A stretch of DNA of 63,192 nucleotides, counting the filler, from Octopus bimaculoides (taxonomy: Eukaryota), in NCBI RefSeq assembly GCF_001194135.2. It is 10 parts of 7 records of this genome, joined end to end, with 100 filler letters (N's around TTAATTAATTAA, not from the genome) between each part and the next. Parts side by side here need not be neighbours in the genome. Positions count along the whole stretch, not along the records: positions 49,749 to 56,136 come from NC_068981.1; positions 56,237 to 60,661 come from NC_068984.1; positions 60,762 to 63,192 come from NC_068982.1; 7 more parts are not named here. One strand, written 5' to 3'. Position 1 is the stretch's first letter. Each line of letters opens with the position of its first letter. The notes below the pieces were generated by a model. It had not been told where the DNA came from. It did not search any database and saw only the letters and a list, made by a program, of their open reading frames with translations. The position numbers and the translations under genes were made by a program. Below are positions 49,649-62,219 of the stretch, piece by piece.

Positions 49649-52600
49649 NNNNNNNNNNNNNNNNNNNNNNNNNNNNNNNNNNNNNNNNNNNNTTAATTAA
49701 TTAANNNNNNNNNNNNNNNNNNNNNNNNNNNNNNNNNNNNNNNNNNNNATATATACTTCTGCGTATATTTGAATATGCATATATATATATATATATGGTC
49801 ATATTCATATGTATATATGTATGTATAAATGTGTGTACATAACACTGAATTGTGATTATTTATGCACATGTATATGAATATATTTTACACACCGGTAGAT
49901 CCATTTATAAACTCATGGCCGTTATATTTTGTATGATAATTATTTTTCGATGTCGCAATATACGAGGTCATTCCTTTACACATTCCATCCTCCTCGTGTG
50001 TAGGCATAGGTGTTTCAGCGTATTATTGTGAGACTGAATGAGTACGTTTATGTTTGCATGAAATGCATGTCTCTGTAAATATTCCGGGAACGTGTGTGAC
50101 AGAATGCGTGAATACATATTCACAGCACATATTGAGTTTCCATGGCGGTGCCAAAAACAATTCAAACAAATTATGAAGATCAGTTAACTTTATTCTTCGC
50201 CTTCTTACATGTAATGTGTGCGTGTGTATTTGTTTGTATGTGTATGTTTGTGTGTATGTGTGAGCATGCATATGTGTGGATGCGTGCAACTATATCTTCA
50301 TCCAAATATTCTTATACACTCATCAATATGCAGATTCTCAACTTCTTTCTTGTCTATTCCTTAGTTTCTATTATATTGCCGTAAACTTTTATTCTTTCTC
50401 AAACGTTTATTGATCTGAGTGGCATATTATATAGGACATTTACTTGTCATGATGTTTCACAATATTTACGATATTCATTTTATATATTGAATATGACCAT
50501 TTACTATAAACTCTACGAATAGCATTTACTCTTTCAAGTGACAAAAGCAAAACACTACATTGCCGATACTACGTTCGCTTTTCAAACAAAACATGAGATG
50601 TGTCTAAATTTCAAATAATAACCCTAGGGAGATTTTGAATATTCCCTACAATATTTCTGGTATTGGTATGTGTCTTTTCGTACTATTTTCGTATTTTTTC
50701 ATGTATATCCTTGTGAAGTTTAATTCTTCATACCCGCTTTCTATGAGATTGTTTTCTTCTGTGGTCGGTGTGCGCGTATATGTGTGTGTATGCATATTTA
50801 CAATTGTATATAAATAAATATATATAATATAGACATACATGCATAACATATGTGTGCGTGTTTGTGTGTCTGTGTGTTTGTGTCTGTAATTTTACAGTAA
50901 ATTCTAAATGCTATGAAATTTAATGTTTTTTAAAAATATTCAGACTGCAGGAAAAATATTAAAATAGACCGTCTTATATTGGGTAGTATTGTAGGTATGT
51001 GCCTGATATAGAGATAAGTGAAACAAAATAATTTACAACTAAACACATATATCTAATGTTTCTGTGCACTCTTGTTAAACGATTCACATTCAGCGTTCAG
51101 TAATTCTAAAAAAAATTGCTAAATAGATGGAGGCAAGTTATAGTGTTCAATGTTAGGACAGCAGTCTGCATAATTATATTGTCCGGATTTAATCAACTGG
51201 TAAGATTTCCCCACATTTAATCAACTGGTAAGATTGCACCAGAAGTTTAAAAACACCCTGAACCTAGGACAGGATAGACTTAAAACACTGCTTGTGCCTT
51301 TCTTTATATTATATTATAGCAGTAAATCCTTCTAAATTATTTAGAACTCTCATTTGATCTTCGTCTTAACAACTGTGTTTACAATTGTTATTGCATAAAA
51401 TATATATATCTTGTGTATCTGATAAAAAATCTTAATCAAATTCATTTCATTCTTTCAGATCCGTCAAACAATCTGAGAAAATTGCTGACTCAAGCAAAGG
51501 TACCTAGTTTCTCGTTATTTATATACTACAATTTATTCAAGGAGTATATTTGTATTCCAGTACATTCATTTTCCTGCCAGTGACTTTTAGATAACATATA
51601 TGTCTCATGAAAATGTAGTGAAATTTATTCGTATGTATTTCATTCTGGAAAAATATTTCAAATATATTTAATTCTATGATACAAAGCATGAAATTATTAT
51701 TATCATGCACATGAATTTGGCAGCCAAAATCTATAAAAAACAAATAACTGCTGCTGCTGAGAAGATCTTCAGTGTGAGTTAGTGTGGCAAATTTGCTTTA
51801 AAAAATTCACTGGACTGTTATCAGTGTTTTCATGTGTCAAATTTGCATGAATATGTCTTTCTTTCAAAATTAATCCCTGAATCTAATTCCAGCACGTAGC
51901 GTTTAAAATTCTACGACAGTGAATGAAACACAACTAACGAGTTAATAATGTGGTTATTAGAGATATGAGATTAAGAATAATATATTTTAGCTATGTGAAG
52001 TGAGCGAGAAAATAATAAGGCCTTTCAAGCAGAAATAGCACTGTTTCAAAATACAAAGGCACAGGAACCATCCAGTATATTTGGTCCAAATATAGAACAT
52101 ATTTTAAGTACTCGTATGAATGCAAGAATACATTTTGTATCAAATGTAGTTTAACATCAGACCGGAAATTTATAAAAGCATATTATTTTCTATGTATTCA
52201 TTACACGAAATTATGTTCTTCAGTTTAAGAAAAAATATTTCTCTCCAGAGGATTTCCTTATCAAAATCTCCACTCTATATTAATCCGCAGAAAAAAACGT
52301 TTGAGACTGTGAGCCGATTTTCCCTTCAATTCCTCTTAAATTGTTTGAAAATATAAAATTAAGAAATTTGAGTTACTTTGGGCATGATTTCATTAACGAA
52401 ATCTCGAAAAATATATTTCCTTATTACGAAGAATGAATTTACAAATGTGAGTTTAGTACAAGCAAAACATTGCAAAACAAATATACAATGCACGAATCGT
52501 TGGCTGAATATCAGTATAAAATTATCAAGAAACCCTAAGGGATAATTCCACTGATAGAGATTAAGGAAATATGGAATGTAAGAAATGTACTTACAATTAA

Positions 52601-52840
52601 CTTATATTTATAAATATCAGAGGTTTTTTTTTTCGAACAGAAGGAAACGCATTCAATAATATTTTGAATGTTTTACTTTGGACATGTCAAAAAGTATTGG
52701 AGGATAATTTACACATATCGATTTGCTGCCATAGTCATACACTCACGCATACAGTAATTCAATTCATATGACTTCATGTGTGTATGTGGGTTTATACGTT
52801 TATTTGCATGTATGTTTGAATGTATGTATGTGTATATGTT

Positions 52841-53036
52841 GTGTGTTTGTCCCCCCAACATCGCTTCCCGACCGATTCTCGGGTATTTATGTCCGCGTAA
52901 TTAGCGGTTCGGCAAATTAGCTGATAGTATATGTACTATGCTTACAAACAATAAGTCCTCGGGTCAATTTGGTCGACTGAAGCTGTACACGAGCATGTCC
53001 GAAGTAAGATAACAGAAACAACTAAAAGAAAAAGAA
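52841..53036 (+). mobile_element. SINE family A 3' half
   Basis: TTTGTCCCCCCAACATCGCTT...TTAGCGGTTCGGCAAA...ATAAGTCCTCGGGTCAATTTGGTCGACT...GAAACAACTAAAAG. Confidence 0.82.
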
Positions 53037-53489
53037 TATATATCTATCTATCTATATATATATATATATAAAGGGGTTTGTACGATAGTGTATAGAGGAA
53101 TATATTATTAAAAATAATTCCAACTCTGTTTTTATGTTTTATTTATATTCTTATAATATTAATGTTGGATACAGAATATGAAATATATAGTATATTTAGT
53201 AAAATGAAATGAAGTATTGATTGTCTTTTTGAATAGATGAATATTAAATATTAAAGGACTAGTATATTTTCTTGCATTTTAGGAGTCTTCAAGGTCCCAT
53301 GTTGTGACAGGAATGCTTTAACTGTGTTTGACTGGCTATCTTTTGACCTTTATATACATTCCTGTGGACAGCAGTAGTAGTTGTTTGGCTATTTTTAGAG
53401 ATGATGCCAATCCAATTTTCAATGTTTAGTTTTAGAAATGGTGACAGCAGTACTTCTTAGAGATTTTTTTGTGTTTCAGTTATAGGAAT

Positions 53490-53534
<45 letters not shown>

Positions 53535-53613
53535 AATAATAATAATAATAATAACAATAATAATAATAATAATAATAATAATTTTAATAATAATAATAAT
53601 AGATAATAATAAT

Positions 53614-53765
53614 AGGATGCAGTACCAGGCAATGGCTCTCATGGCTTCTGACCTTAATTGATTGGAAGTGTTATCATGTACATTGTTTTGTCTTGGTATA
53701 AAAGATTGGCTACAGCAAATATTCTGCTTAATACCACAGATTTGCTTGTCAGTTGCTTGACCTTA
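53614..53765 (+). mobile_element. Probable interspersed-repeat (LINE 3' UTR-like) fragment following (AAC)n(AAT)n
   Basis: Complex sequence GGATGCAGTACCAGGCAATGGCTCTCATGGCTTCTG begins abruptly after the microsatellite. I recall it as an octopus repeat, but no second copy is present here. Confidence 0.4.
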
Positions 53766-54386
53766 NNNNNNNNNNNNNNNNNNNNNNNNNNNNNNNNNNN
53801 NNNNNNNNNNNNNNNNNNNNNNNNNNNNNNNNNNNNNNNNNNNNNNNNNNNNNNNNNNNNNNNNNNNNNNNNNNNNNNNNNNNNNNNNNNNNNNNNNNNN
53901 NNNNNNNNNNNNNNNNNNNNNNNNNNNNNNNNNNNNNNNNNNNNNNNNNNNNNNNNNNNNNNNNNNNNNNNNNNNNNNNNNNNNNNNNNNNNNNNNNNNN
54001 NNNNNNNNNNNNNNNNNNNNNNNNNNNNNNNNNNNNNNNNNNNNNNNNNNNNNNNNNNNNNNNNNNNNNNNNNNNNNNNNNNNNNNNNNNNNNNNNNNNN
54101 NNNNNNNNNNNNNNNNNNNNNNNNNNNNNNNNNNNNNNNNNNNNNNNNNNNNNNNNNNNNNNNNNNNNNNNNNNNNNNNNNNNNNNNNNNNNNNNNNNNN
54201 NNNNNNNNNNNNNNNNNNNNNNNNNNNNNNNNNNNNNNNNNNNNNNNNNNNNNNNNNNNNNNNNNNNNNNNNNNNNNNNNNNNNNNNNNNNNNNNNNNNN
54301 NNNNNNNNNNNNNNNNNNNNNNNNNNNNNNNNNNNNNNNNNNNNNNNNNNNNNNNNNNNNNNNNNNATCATCATAATAATATTAAT

Positions 54387-54427
<41 letters not shown>

Positions 54428-54447
54428 AAACAACAGCAACAACAACA

Positions 54448-54590
54448 TCGGAAAAATACCTTAGGAATGAGAACCCACGTTCGGAATTCACCCACAACAC
54501 CTGATGAAGGCTGGAGAGTCCATCAGCCGAAATGTATTAACAACAATCAAGATGAAGACAAATATTCGTAACATTTAAATAATATAAATT
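54448..54590 (+). ncRNA. Penelope-like terminal region with broken hammerhead-like motif (54496-54538)
   Basis: AACAC-CTGATGA-A-GGCTG-GAGAGTCCAT-CAGCC-GAAA-TGTATT: intact CUGAUGA and GAAA with a 5-bp stem II; stem III and cleavage triplet are missing. Confidence 0.6.
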
Positions 54591-54607
54591 TGTATGTATT
54601 CGTGTGT

Positions 54608-54608
54608 G

Positions 54609-54660
<52 letters not shown>

Positions 54661-54661
54661 C

Positions 54662-54705
<44 letters not shown>

Positions 54706-54712
54706 TGATAGA
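54608..54712. repeat. (GATA)n tetranucleotide microsatellite
   Basis: About 25 GATA units. Confidence 0.95.
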
Positions 54713-55942
54713 TATATACACTGGTTGTGTATAACATGTTTTACGAACCGACCGATAAGTTATAGTTTTTATTTCACTCAACAACAAATTTGATCTTCGC
54801 ACCAATTTCGTTAAATATTGCACAGCCTTGAATAATTAAAATTAACTTTTAATTGCAGTAAACAAAAGGATAAAAAAAGCAAAACAACGAAATAGAAGCC
54901 CCTATACTCTTCTTGACTTCAAATAACTAATTATGCGTATTAAAACTGAAGAAATTATAACGAGAATTTGATAATCCATTTTTTCCTGATAATTGACTTT
55001 CTACAAAAGGAGTTAAACAGGGTAAGCTTATGTATGCAAGTGTTTCCGTGTACATGTATGTATGCTTATATCTAGCTATATTTTAATGAATAATGGGGTT
55101 TCTGTAAACTAATATTTTTTGTGCCGCCGAAGCCATAGATATATGTAATATGTTTTAAAATATTAATTTAGACACAGAAAACCATTGAGGTAATATATGC
55201 TATGTTTCATATATCATGCAATGTGGATTCCTGGGACATCTTTGTCATGCGATCTGTCATCCGGGTTTTGCCTAAGCATTGCACAATTATGGACGTGCAA
55301 TGTTCAGTTACTTACCTTTTGAAACTATGAATTATAGCTTCATTGATCAAGCTTCAGGAACAGCAGTCACATAAACTTTTGAAGGACGGGTGATAGTGGA
55401 ACATTCTAAATACTAATGGAGGTGTTTTCTTAATATAACAACAGGACAAATGTGTAATATAGGAAATATAATTCCGTTGTATATTCTACGAAAATCATAA
55501 ATGAGGTTATACTGCACACCTCGTTTCTGTTTCTCTAACACACAAATTTAACAATCAACATTCACATCAAGGATTTTGGTTCAGGTTATCGTTTTCAATG
55601 TTCAACACTTTAATTTTATCGTTCGGTAGTATATGAGTGAAGTTTAGGTTTTTTGGTGGTAATTAACGTATATTACAATAGAAATAACACCTTCCCATAC
55701 AAGACAGAAATAAAAATTTGATTATGAAAATATAATGAAAGAACGTTGAAAATATACAGTTATCTTGGTATCTTTTGCTTCATTCGTATAACACCATAGT
55801 ACTTTTTCATGCCAGCACTTTTTTTTTATTTTCCTTTCTTTTTACATAAATATTGTTCTTGCTTATCCATTGATCAGTTTATTTCCTTCTTAATTTCGCA
55901 AAATGTGTTGAATTTATTTCCATAACTAAGATGTTTCTGTTT

Positions 55943-56120
55943 AAGGCGGTGAGCTCCAGAATCATGAGAATATCTGACACATTACCATGCGGTTGTTCTT
56001 CCGGTTTCTTTTGTGCAAGTTTCAATTCCCATTAGAGTACCTTATCTTTAAAGCATTTGTAGTTGGAACAATAAAACAACTGACGAATACTGTGGTCGAT
56101 GGGTCGGCTAACTCAACTCC
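55943..56120 (+). mobile_element. Highly diverged SINE family B copy
   Basis: AAGGCGGTGAGCTCCAGAATC head; AAGTTTCAATTCC is B-box-like. Confidence 0.5.
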
Positions 56121-56238
56121 TTGAAAATAGCTGCCGNNNNNNNNNNNNNNNNNNNNNNNNNNNNNNNNNNNNNNNNNNNNTTAATTAATTAANNNNNNNN
56201 NNNNNNNNNNNNNNNNNNNNNNNNNNNNNNNNNNNNTA

Positions 56239-56298
<60 letters not shown>

Positions 56299-56960
56299 TG
56301 TATGTATGAATTTATGTATACACACATGCATATCTGTCTATCTATCAATTTATCTATATATTATCTATTTATGTATTCATATATATGAGTGTGTGTGTGT
56401 GTGGGTATATATATATATATATATATTATGTGTGGGGGTGTGGGGGTATATTGTTGTCTTCTGTTGTCCTGTTTCTAACCATATTTTCATCCCCTTTTTT
56501 GACCCTAAGACCATATTCGGTTTATTTATTTCACTTTGTATGTCCTCATTTTGTGTTGTTTTGTTTCCTGTTTGTCCCTCGTCCATCCATTAATGGCCTC
56601 GTCTTTCTTGAATCACATTTCTTTCATGGTTGTATGTTCCCTTTCTGTATTGCATGTTGTTTATTTCTTGTTTGTTTGCTCACTTTTTGTCATGTTTGGT
56701 CCTTGTTTGTGGGTTCACCATTTCCCAGGAGCTTCTTGTGGCTAGTGCTACCAGAGTGGACAAATATTAGTGTTGAAAGTGTGAAATTCCATATGACACC
56801 CAAGCTGATAACTGATAAGGATTTGGTGGCCTTCTGTATCTATTTTCCATTTGTTGGTGCATTTATTATATGCATTTTAAATTATATATATATTCTTTTA
56901 TTCCTTTACTCATTTCAGCTATGCAGCTGTTGTCATCACCATGTGTTGGAGCACCACTGT

Positions 56961-57316
56961 ATCATCATCATCATCATCATCATCATCATCGTTTAACGTC
57001 CGCTTTCCATGCTAGCATGGGTTGGACGATTTGACTGAGGACTGGTGCAACCGGATGGCTACACCAGGCTCCAATCTAATTTGGCAGAGTTTCAACAGCT
57101 GGATGCCCTTCCTAACGCCAATCACTCAGAGAGTGTAGTGGGTGCTTTTACGTGTCACCCGCACGAACACGGTCACGCTCGAAATGGTGTCTTTTATGTG
57201 CCACCCGCACAAGAGCCAGTCCAGAGGCACTGGCAACGATCTCGCTTGAAAACTCTACAAGGCCAGTCAGGCGGTACTGGCAACGGTCACGCTCAGGATG
57301 GTACATCTTATGTGTC
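56961..57316 (-). mobile_element. RTE LINE 3' UTR with (GAT)n tail and tandem hairpin units (family D)
   Basis: (ATC)n-GTTTAACGTCCGCTTTCCATGCTAGCATGGG...GGATGCCCTTCCTAACGCC...; runs into a gap. Confidence 0.85.
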
Positions 57317-58293
57317 NNNNNNNNNNNNNNNNNNNNNNNNNNNNNNNNNNNNNNNNNNNNNNNNNNNNNNNNNNNNNNNNNNNNNNNNNNNNNNNNNNNN
57401 NNNNNNNNNNNNNNNNNNNNNNNNNNNNNNNNNNNNNNNNNNNNNNNNNNNNNNNNNNNNNNNNNNNNNNNNNNNNNNNNNNNNNNNNNNNNNNNNNNNN
57501 NNNNNNNNNNNNNNNNNNNNNNNNNNNNNNNNNNNNNNNNNNNNNNNNNNNNNNNNNNNNNNNNNNNNNNNNNNNNNNNNNNNNNNNNNNNNNNNNNNNN
57601 NNNNNNNNNNNNNNNNNNNNNNNNNNNNNNNNNNNNNNNNNNNNNNNNNNNNNNNNNNNNNNNNNNNNNNNNNNNNNNNNNNNNNNNNNNNNNNNNNNNN
57701 NNNNNNNNNNNNNNNNNNNNNNNNNNNNNNNNNNNNNNNNNNNNNNNNNNNNNNNNNNNNNNNNNNNNNNNNNNNNNNNNNNNNNNNNNNNNNNNNNNNN
57801 NNNNNNNNNNNNNNNNNNNNNNNNNNNNNNNNNNNNNNNNNNNNNNNNNNNNNNNNNNNNNNNNNNNNNNNNNNNNNNNNNNNNNNNNNNNNNNNNNNNN
57901 NNNNNNNNNNNNNNNNNNNNNNNNNNNNNNNNNNNNNNNNNNNNNNNNNNNNNNNNNNNNNNNNNNNNNNNNNNNNNNNNNNNNNNNNNNNNNNNNNNNN
58001 NNNNNNNNNNNNNNNNNNNNNNNNNNNNNNNNNNNNNNNNNNNNNNNNNNNNNNNNNNNNNNNNNNNNNNNNNNNNNNNNNNNNNNNNNNNNNNNNNNNN
58101 NNNNNNNNNNNNNNNNNNNNNNNNNNNNNNNNNNNNNNNNNNNNNNNNNNNNNNNNNNNNNNNNNNNNNNNNNNNNNNNNNNNNNNNNNNNNNNNNNNNN
58201 NNNNNNNNNNNNNNNNNNNNNNNNNNNNNNNNNNNNNNNNNNNNNNNNNNNNNNNNNNNNNNNNNNNNNNATATATATATATATATATATATA

Positions 58294-58868
58294 GCATCAT
58301 CATCATCGTTTAACATCCGTTTTCCATACTGGCATGGGTTGGATGGTTTGACTGAGGACTGGCAAGCTGGTAGGCTGCACAAGGCTCCAATCTGATCTGG
58401 CAATGTTTCTACAGCTGGATGCCCTTCCTAATGCCAAACACTCCAAGAGTGTACTGGGTGCTTTCTACGTGCCAGTCAGGTGGGACTGGCATCGATCACG
58501 TTCGGAAGGTGCTCTTTATGTGCCACCAGCACAGGAGCCAGTCAGAGGGTACTGGCATTGGCCACGTTTGTATAGTGTTTTTTTTTATGTGTCGCTGGCA
58601 CAGGAGCCAGTCAAGTGGTACTGACAGTGTCCCCGTTTGCATGGTGCTATTTACATGCCACTGTCTTGGGAGCCAGTCAGGGAGCACTGGTCACAGCTAC
58701 GATATTGCTTTTATTTGACTTAACAGGCCTTCTCAAGCATATCATATCGCCTGACACATTAGGGGTAATCTTAATTGGGCTGGACATGCATGGCTGGGAT
58801 CTCACTTTAGTTGCCCCGTCTTTTCAATCAAAATCATATCTCCAAAGGTCTTGGTCTCCTGTCATTGC
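58294..58868 (-). mobile_element. 5'-truncated RTE LINE: last codons, 3' UTR with four tandem units, (GAT)n tail
   Basis: Minus-strand EAMTGDQDLWRY..EKTGQLK* (58805-58868) resembles RTE termini (MT.DR..WR..V.EKT); the UTR is homologous to 56961-57316. Confidence 0.85.
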
Positions 58869-59153
58869 CTCTATCGTTATCTTTTGCTGAACCACAAATT
58901 TACGAGGATATGAACACACCAGCATTGGTTGTCAAGCGACGGTGGGGGGGGGTACGAACACAGACACACGCACACACACACACACACACAGACGGGCATC
59001 TTTCAGTTTCCATCTACGAAATCCACTCATAAGGCTTTGGTTGGCCTGAGGCTATAGTAGAAGGACACTTGCCCAAGGTGCCTCACAGTGGGACTGAACC
59101 CAGAACCATGTCGTTGGGAAGCAAACTACTTCCCACACAGCCATTCCAGCGCC
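58869..59153 (-). mobile_element. SINE family A: head, CORE-like segment, (TG)n, and start of the 3' half
   Basis: Shows that the 5' half (cf. 45827) and 3' half (cf. 52841) belong to one element joined by a TG microsatellite. Confidence 0.85.
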
Positions 59154-59296
59154 ATTGTTGCCATTCTTGTCCTCGACCAGCACAATCACCACTACTTCTT
59201 CCTCCTGTTTCTCTTCTACTCCTTCTCTTGCCCCACTTCTACTCCTCCTCCATTTCCTCCTCTTCTCTTTCCACTATTTCCACCTTCTCTACACAC

Positions 59297-60627
59297 TTGC
59301 CTCCTCTCCTCCTCTTCATCTACCACCTTTCCTCCTCTCCTCCTCCTCATCTACCAACCTGCCTCCTCCCCTCTTCCTCATCTACCACATTACCTCCTCC
59401 TCCTCCTCATCTATCACCGTGCGTCCTCTCCTCCTCCTCATCTACCACCTTGCCTCCTCTCCTCCCACTCATCTACCACTTTGCCTCCTTTCCTCTTCCT
59501 CATCTACGACCTTGCCTCCTCTCCTCCTCCTCATCTACGACCTTGCCTCCTCTCCTCCTCCTCATCTACCACCTCGCCTCCCCTCCTCTTCCTCATCTAC
59601 CACCTTGCCTCCTCTCCTCTTCCTCATCTACCACCTTGCCTCCTCTCCTCCTCCTCATCTACCACCTTGCATCCTCTCCTCCTCCTCATCTACCACCATG
59701 CCTCCTCTCCTCTTCCTCATCTACAACCTTGCCTCCTCTCCTCTTCCTCATCTACCACCTTGCATCCTCTCCTCTTCCTCATCTACCACCATGCCTCCTC
59801 TCCTCTTCCTCATCTACCACCTTGCATCCTCTCCTCTTCCTCATCTACCACCATGCCTCCTCTCCTCTTCCTCATCTACCACCTTGCATCCTCTCCTCTT
59901 CCTCATCTACCACCATGCCTCCTCTCCTCTTCCTCATCTACCACCTTGCCTCGTCTCCACTTCCTCATCTACCACCGTGCATCCTCTCCTCTTCCTCATC
60001 TACCACCATGCCTCGTCTCCACTTCCTCATCTACCACCTTGCATCCTCTCCTCTTCCTCATCTACCACCATGCCTCCTCTCCTCTTCCTCATCTACCACC
60101 TTGCATCCTCTCCTCTTCCTCATCTACCACCATGCCTCCTCTCCTCCTCCTCATCTACCACCTTGCCTCGTCTCCACTTCCTCATCTACCACCGTGCATC
60201 CTCTCCTCTTCCTTATCTACTACCTTGCATCCGCTCCTCTTCCTCATCTACCACCTTGCCTCCCCTCCACTTCCTCATCTACCACATTGCCTCCTCTCCT
60301 CCTCCTCATCTACCACCTTACCTCCTCTCCTCTTCCTCATCTACCACCTTGCCTCCTCTTCTCCTCCTCATCTACCACCTTCCCGCCTCTCCTCCTCCTC
60401 ATCCACCACCTTGCCTCCTCTCCTCCTCTTCATCTACCACCTTTCCTCCTCTCCTCTTCCTCATCTACCACCTTGCCTCCTCTTCTCTTCCTCATCCACC
60501 ACCTTGCCTACTCCCCTCCTCCTCCTCTACCACCTTGCCTCCTCTCCTCCTCCTCATCTACCACCTTGCCTCCTCTCCTCCTCCTCATCTACCACCTTGC
60601 CTCCTCTCCTCTTCCTCATCTACCACC
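59297..60627. repeat. 31-bp pyrimidine-rich minisatellite, about 43 copies
   Basis: Unit TTGCCTCCTCTCCTCTTCCTCATCTACCACC. The three overlapping 500-aa ORFs repeat every 31 aa (three units), as expected for a stop-free 31-mer. Confidence 0.95.
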
Positions 60628-60923
60628 TGTTTTTTGTTCTCCTTTGGTGTACATTGCTAGTNNNNNNNNNNNNNNNNNNNNNNNNNNNNNNNNNNNNNNN
60701 NNNNNTTAATTAATTAANNNNNNNNNNNNNNNNNNNNNNNNNNNNNNNNNNNNNNNNNNNNTGTGTGTGTGCGTGTTTGTGTGTGTGTGTGTGTGTGTGT
60801 GAATTTCTTTCTTATTAGGCTTAAATGCTTATCTGTATTATGAGAGTAGAATCATTCACACACCAGAAGTGAAAGTAAATGCTGAAATATGATAACATCG
60901 TGGAATTTCCACAAATCCTAGTC

Positions 60924-60968
<45 letters not shown>

Positions 60969-61506
60969 TAAAATACCCAGAGTTAACGAAAGAAAGTTCG
61001 TATGGCAGGCAGTAAATCCTTACAAATTGGTTAAAACATTTTGGAGAGATAGTAACTTACTTATCGAGAGAGAAATACAAAATGTTTTCTAATGGATGTT
61101 TTTATACATGTATACGTCAATATTTTCCAAAACAAATTCGTAAATAAATTACAACGGAATAGAAGAAAGAAGATAGGTTTAATACCATTAATAGTTTCAG
61201 TTAAATGCTAAAATCCTAAAAAGCTTTCGTTATGCCTGAAGGGAAACTCAAAGAAATACAAACATAAAATGCTCCATACAAACATGGATTCCCTTTAGCG
61301 TTAATATACCAAGAGAAAATACATTGTGTATGTAGTCCTAGAGCCTGATATGCATTTATATATGTTTATATATGTATAAATATACAACTGCATATATATA
61401 NNNNNNNNNNNNNNNNNNNNNNNNNNNNNNNNNNNNNNNNNNNNNNNTATATATATATATATATATATATTATACATATACACACACATATATATGCACA
61501 TATATA

Positions 61507-61542
<36 letters not shown>

Positions 61543-61672
61543 CGATTGTGTGTATATAGGAATGTATGTATGTGTGTGTATGTGTGCGTGTAAGTATAAA
61601 GTTTATTTCCATGTCCCAGTGGTGAACAAACTACACAGTTCCTAGATGTACATGAATGATGATGATGATGAC

Positions 61673-61724
<52 letters not shown>

Positions 61725-62219
61725 GTGGTGGTGCTGGTGGTTGTGGTGGTGGTGATAAATTGCGTCAAAACATTACGCCAAAAGTAAAAGGATGTTTCGT
61801 TTGTTACAATGGTTTTGTATATCCATCACGTATACGGAAAAGCATTCTGTGCAAAAAATCCAATTGGCAGCAACTAATGTCAAAGTGGTTAACGGGAGTA
61901 AAAATAACTGTAATGGCAAGAAGAATCATGAAATAAGATGAGTTGAAAGCTTTATTTATTCTATCCCTGTTGGAGGTCGTATGAGTAAAACCTCACGACT
62001 AGAAATTACCGAAAACCCAACGTACAACAAATTATACTATAAAACCTGTGATCTTAGAAGAAACAAGCCATTTCATTATTGCTAATTTTGTAGTATCGTA
62101 TTAACAATTGTAAACGTTGTGTGTACAGACACATATATACTTTATATTTCTTTACTAGTTTCAGCTCGAGAGCAGGGACCATGCAGGAGCAACGCTGTTA
62201 GCTTTCTACAGTTTCACTA

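Noticed and set aside
49962-50000. TACGAGG...CCTCGTG resembling mariner TIR ends
   Set aside because: Only 6-7 bp of match; too short to call.
55312-55410. Strong minus-strand donor AAG|GTAAGT
   Set aside because: All three frames from the nearest good acceptor contain stops; could only be a UTR exon and is unsupported.
58470-58715. CRISPR-like appearance of palindromic repeats with variable intervals
   Set aside because: The intervening sequences are homologous to each other (tandem units, not unique spacers), there are no cas genes, and the context is a eukaryotic LINE UTR.
59069-60713. Three 500+ aa ORFs
   Set aside because: They are the three frames of a stop-free 31-bp minisatellite; there are no splice signals or domain content.
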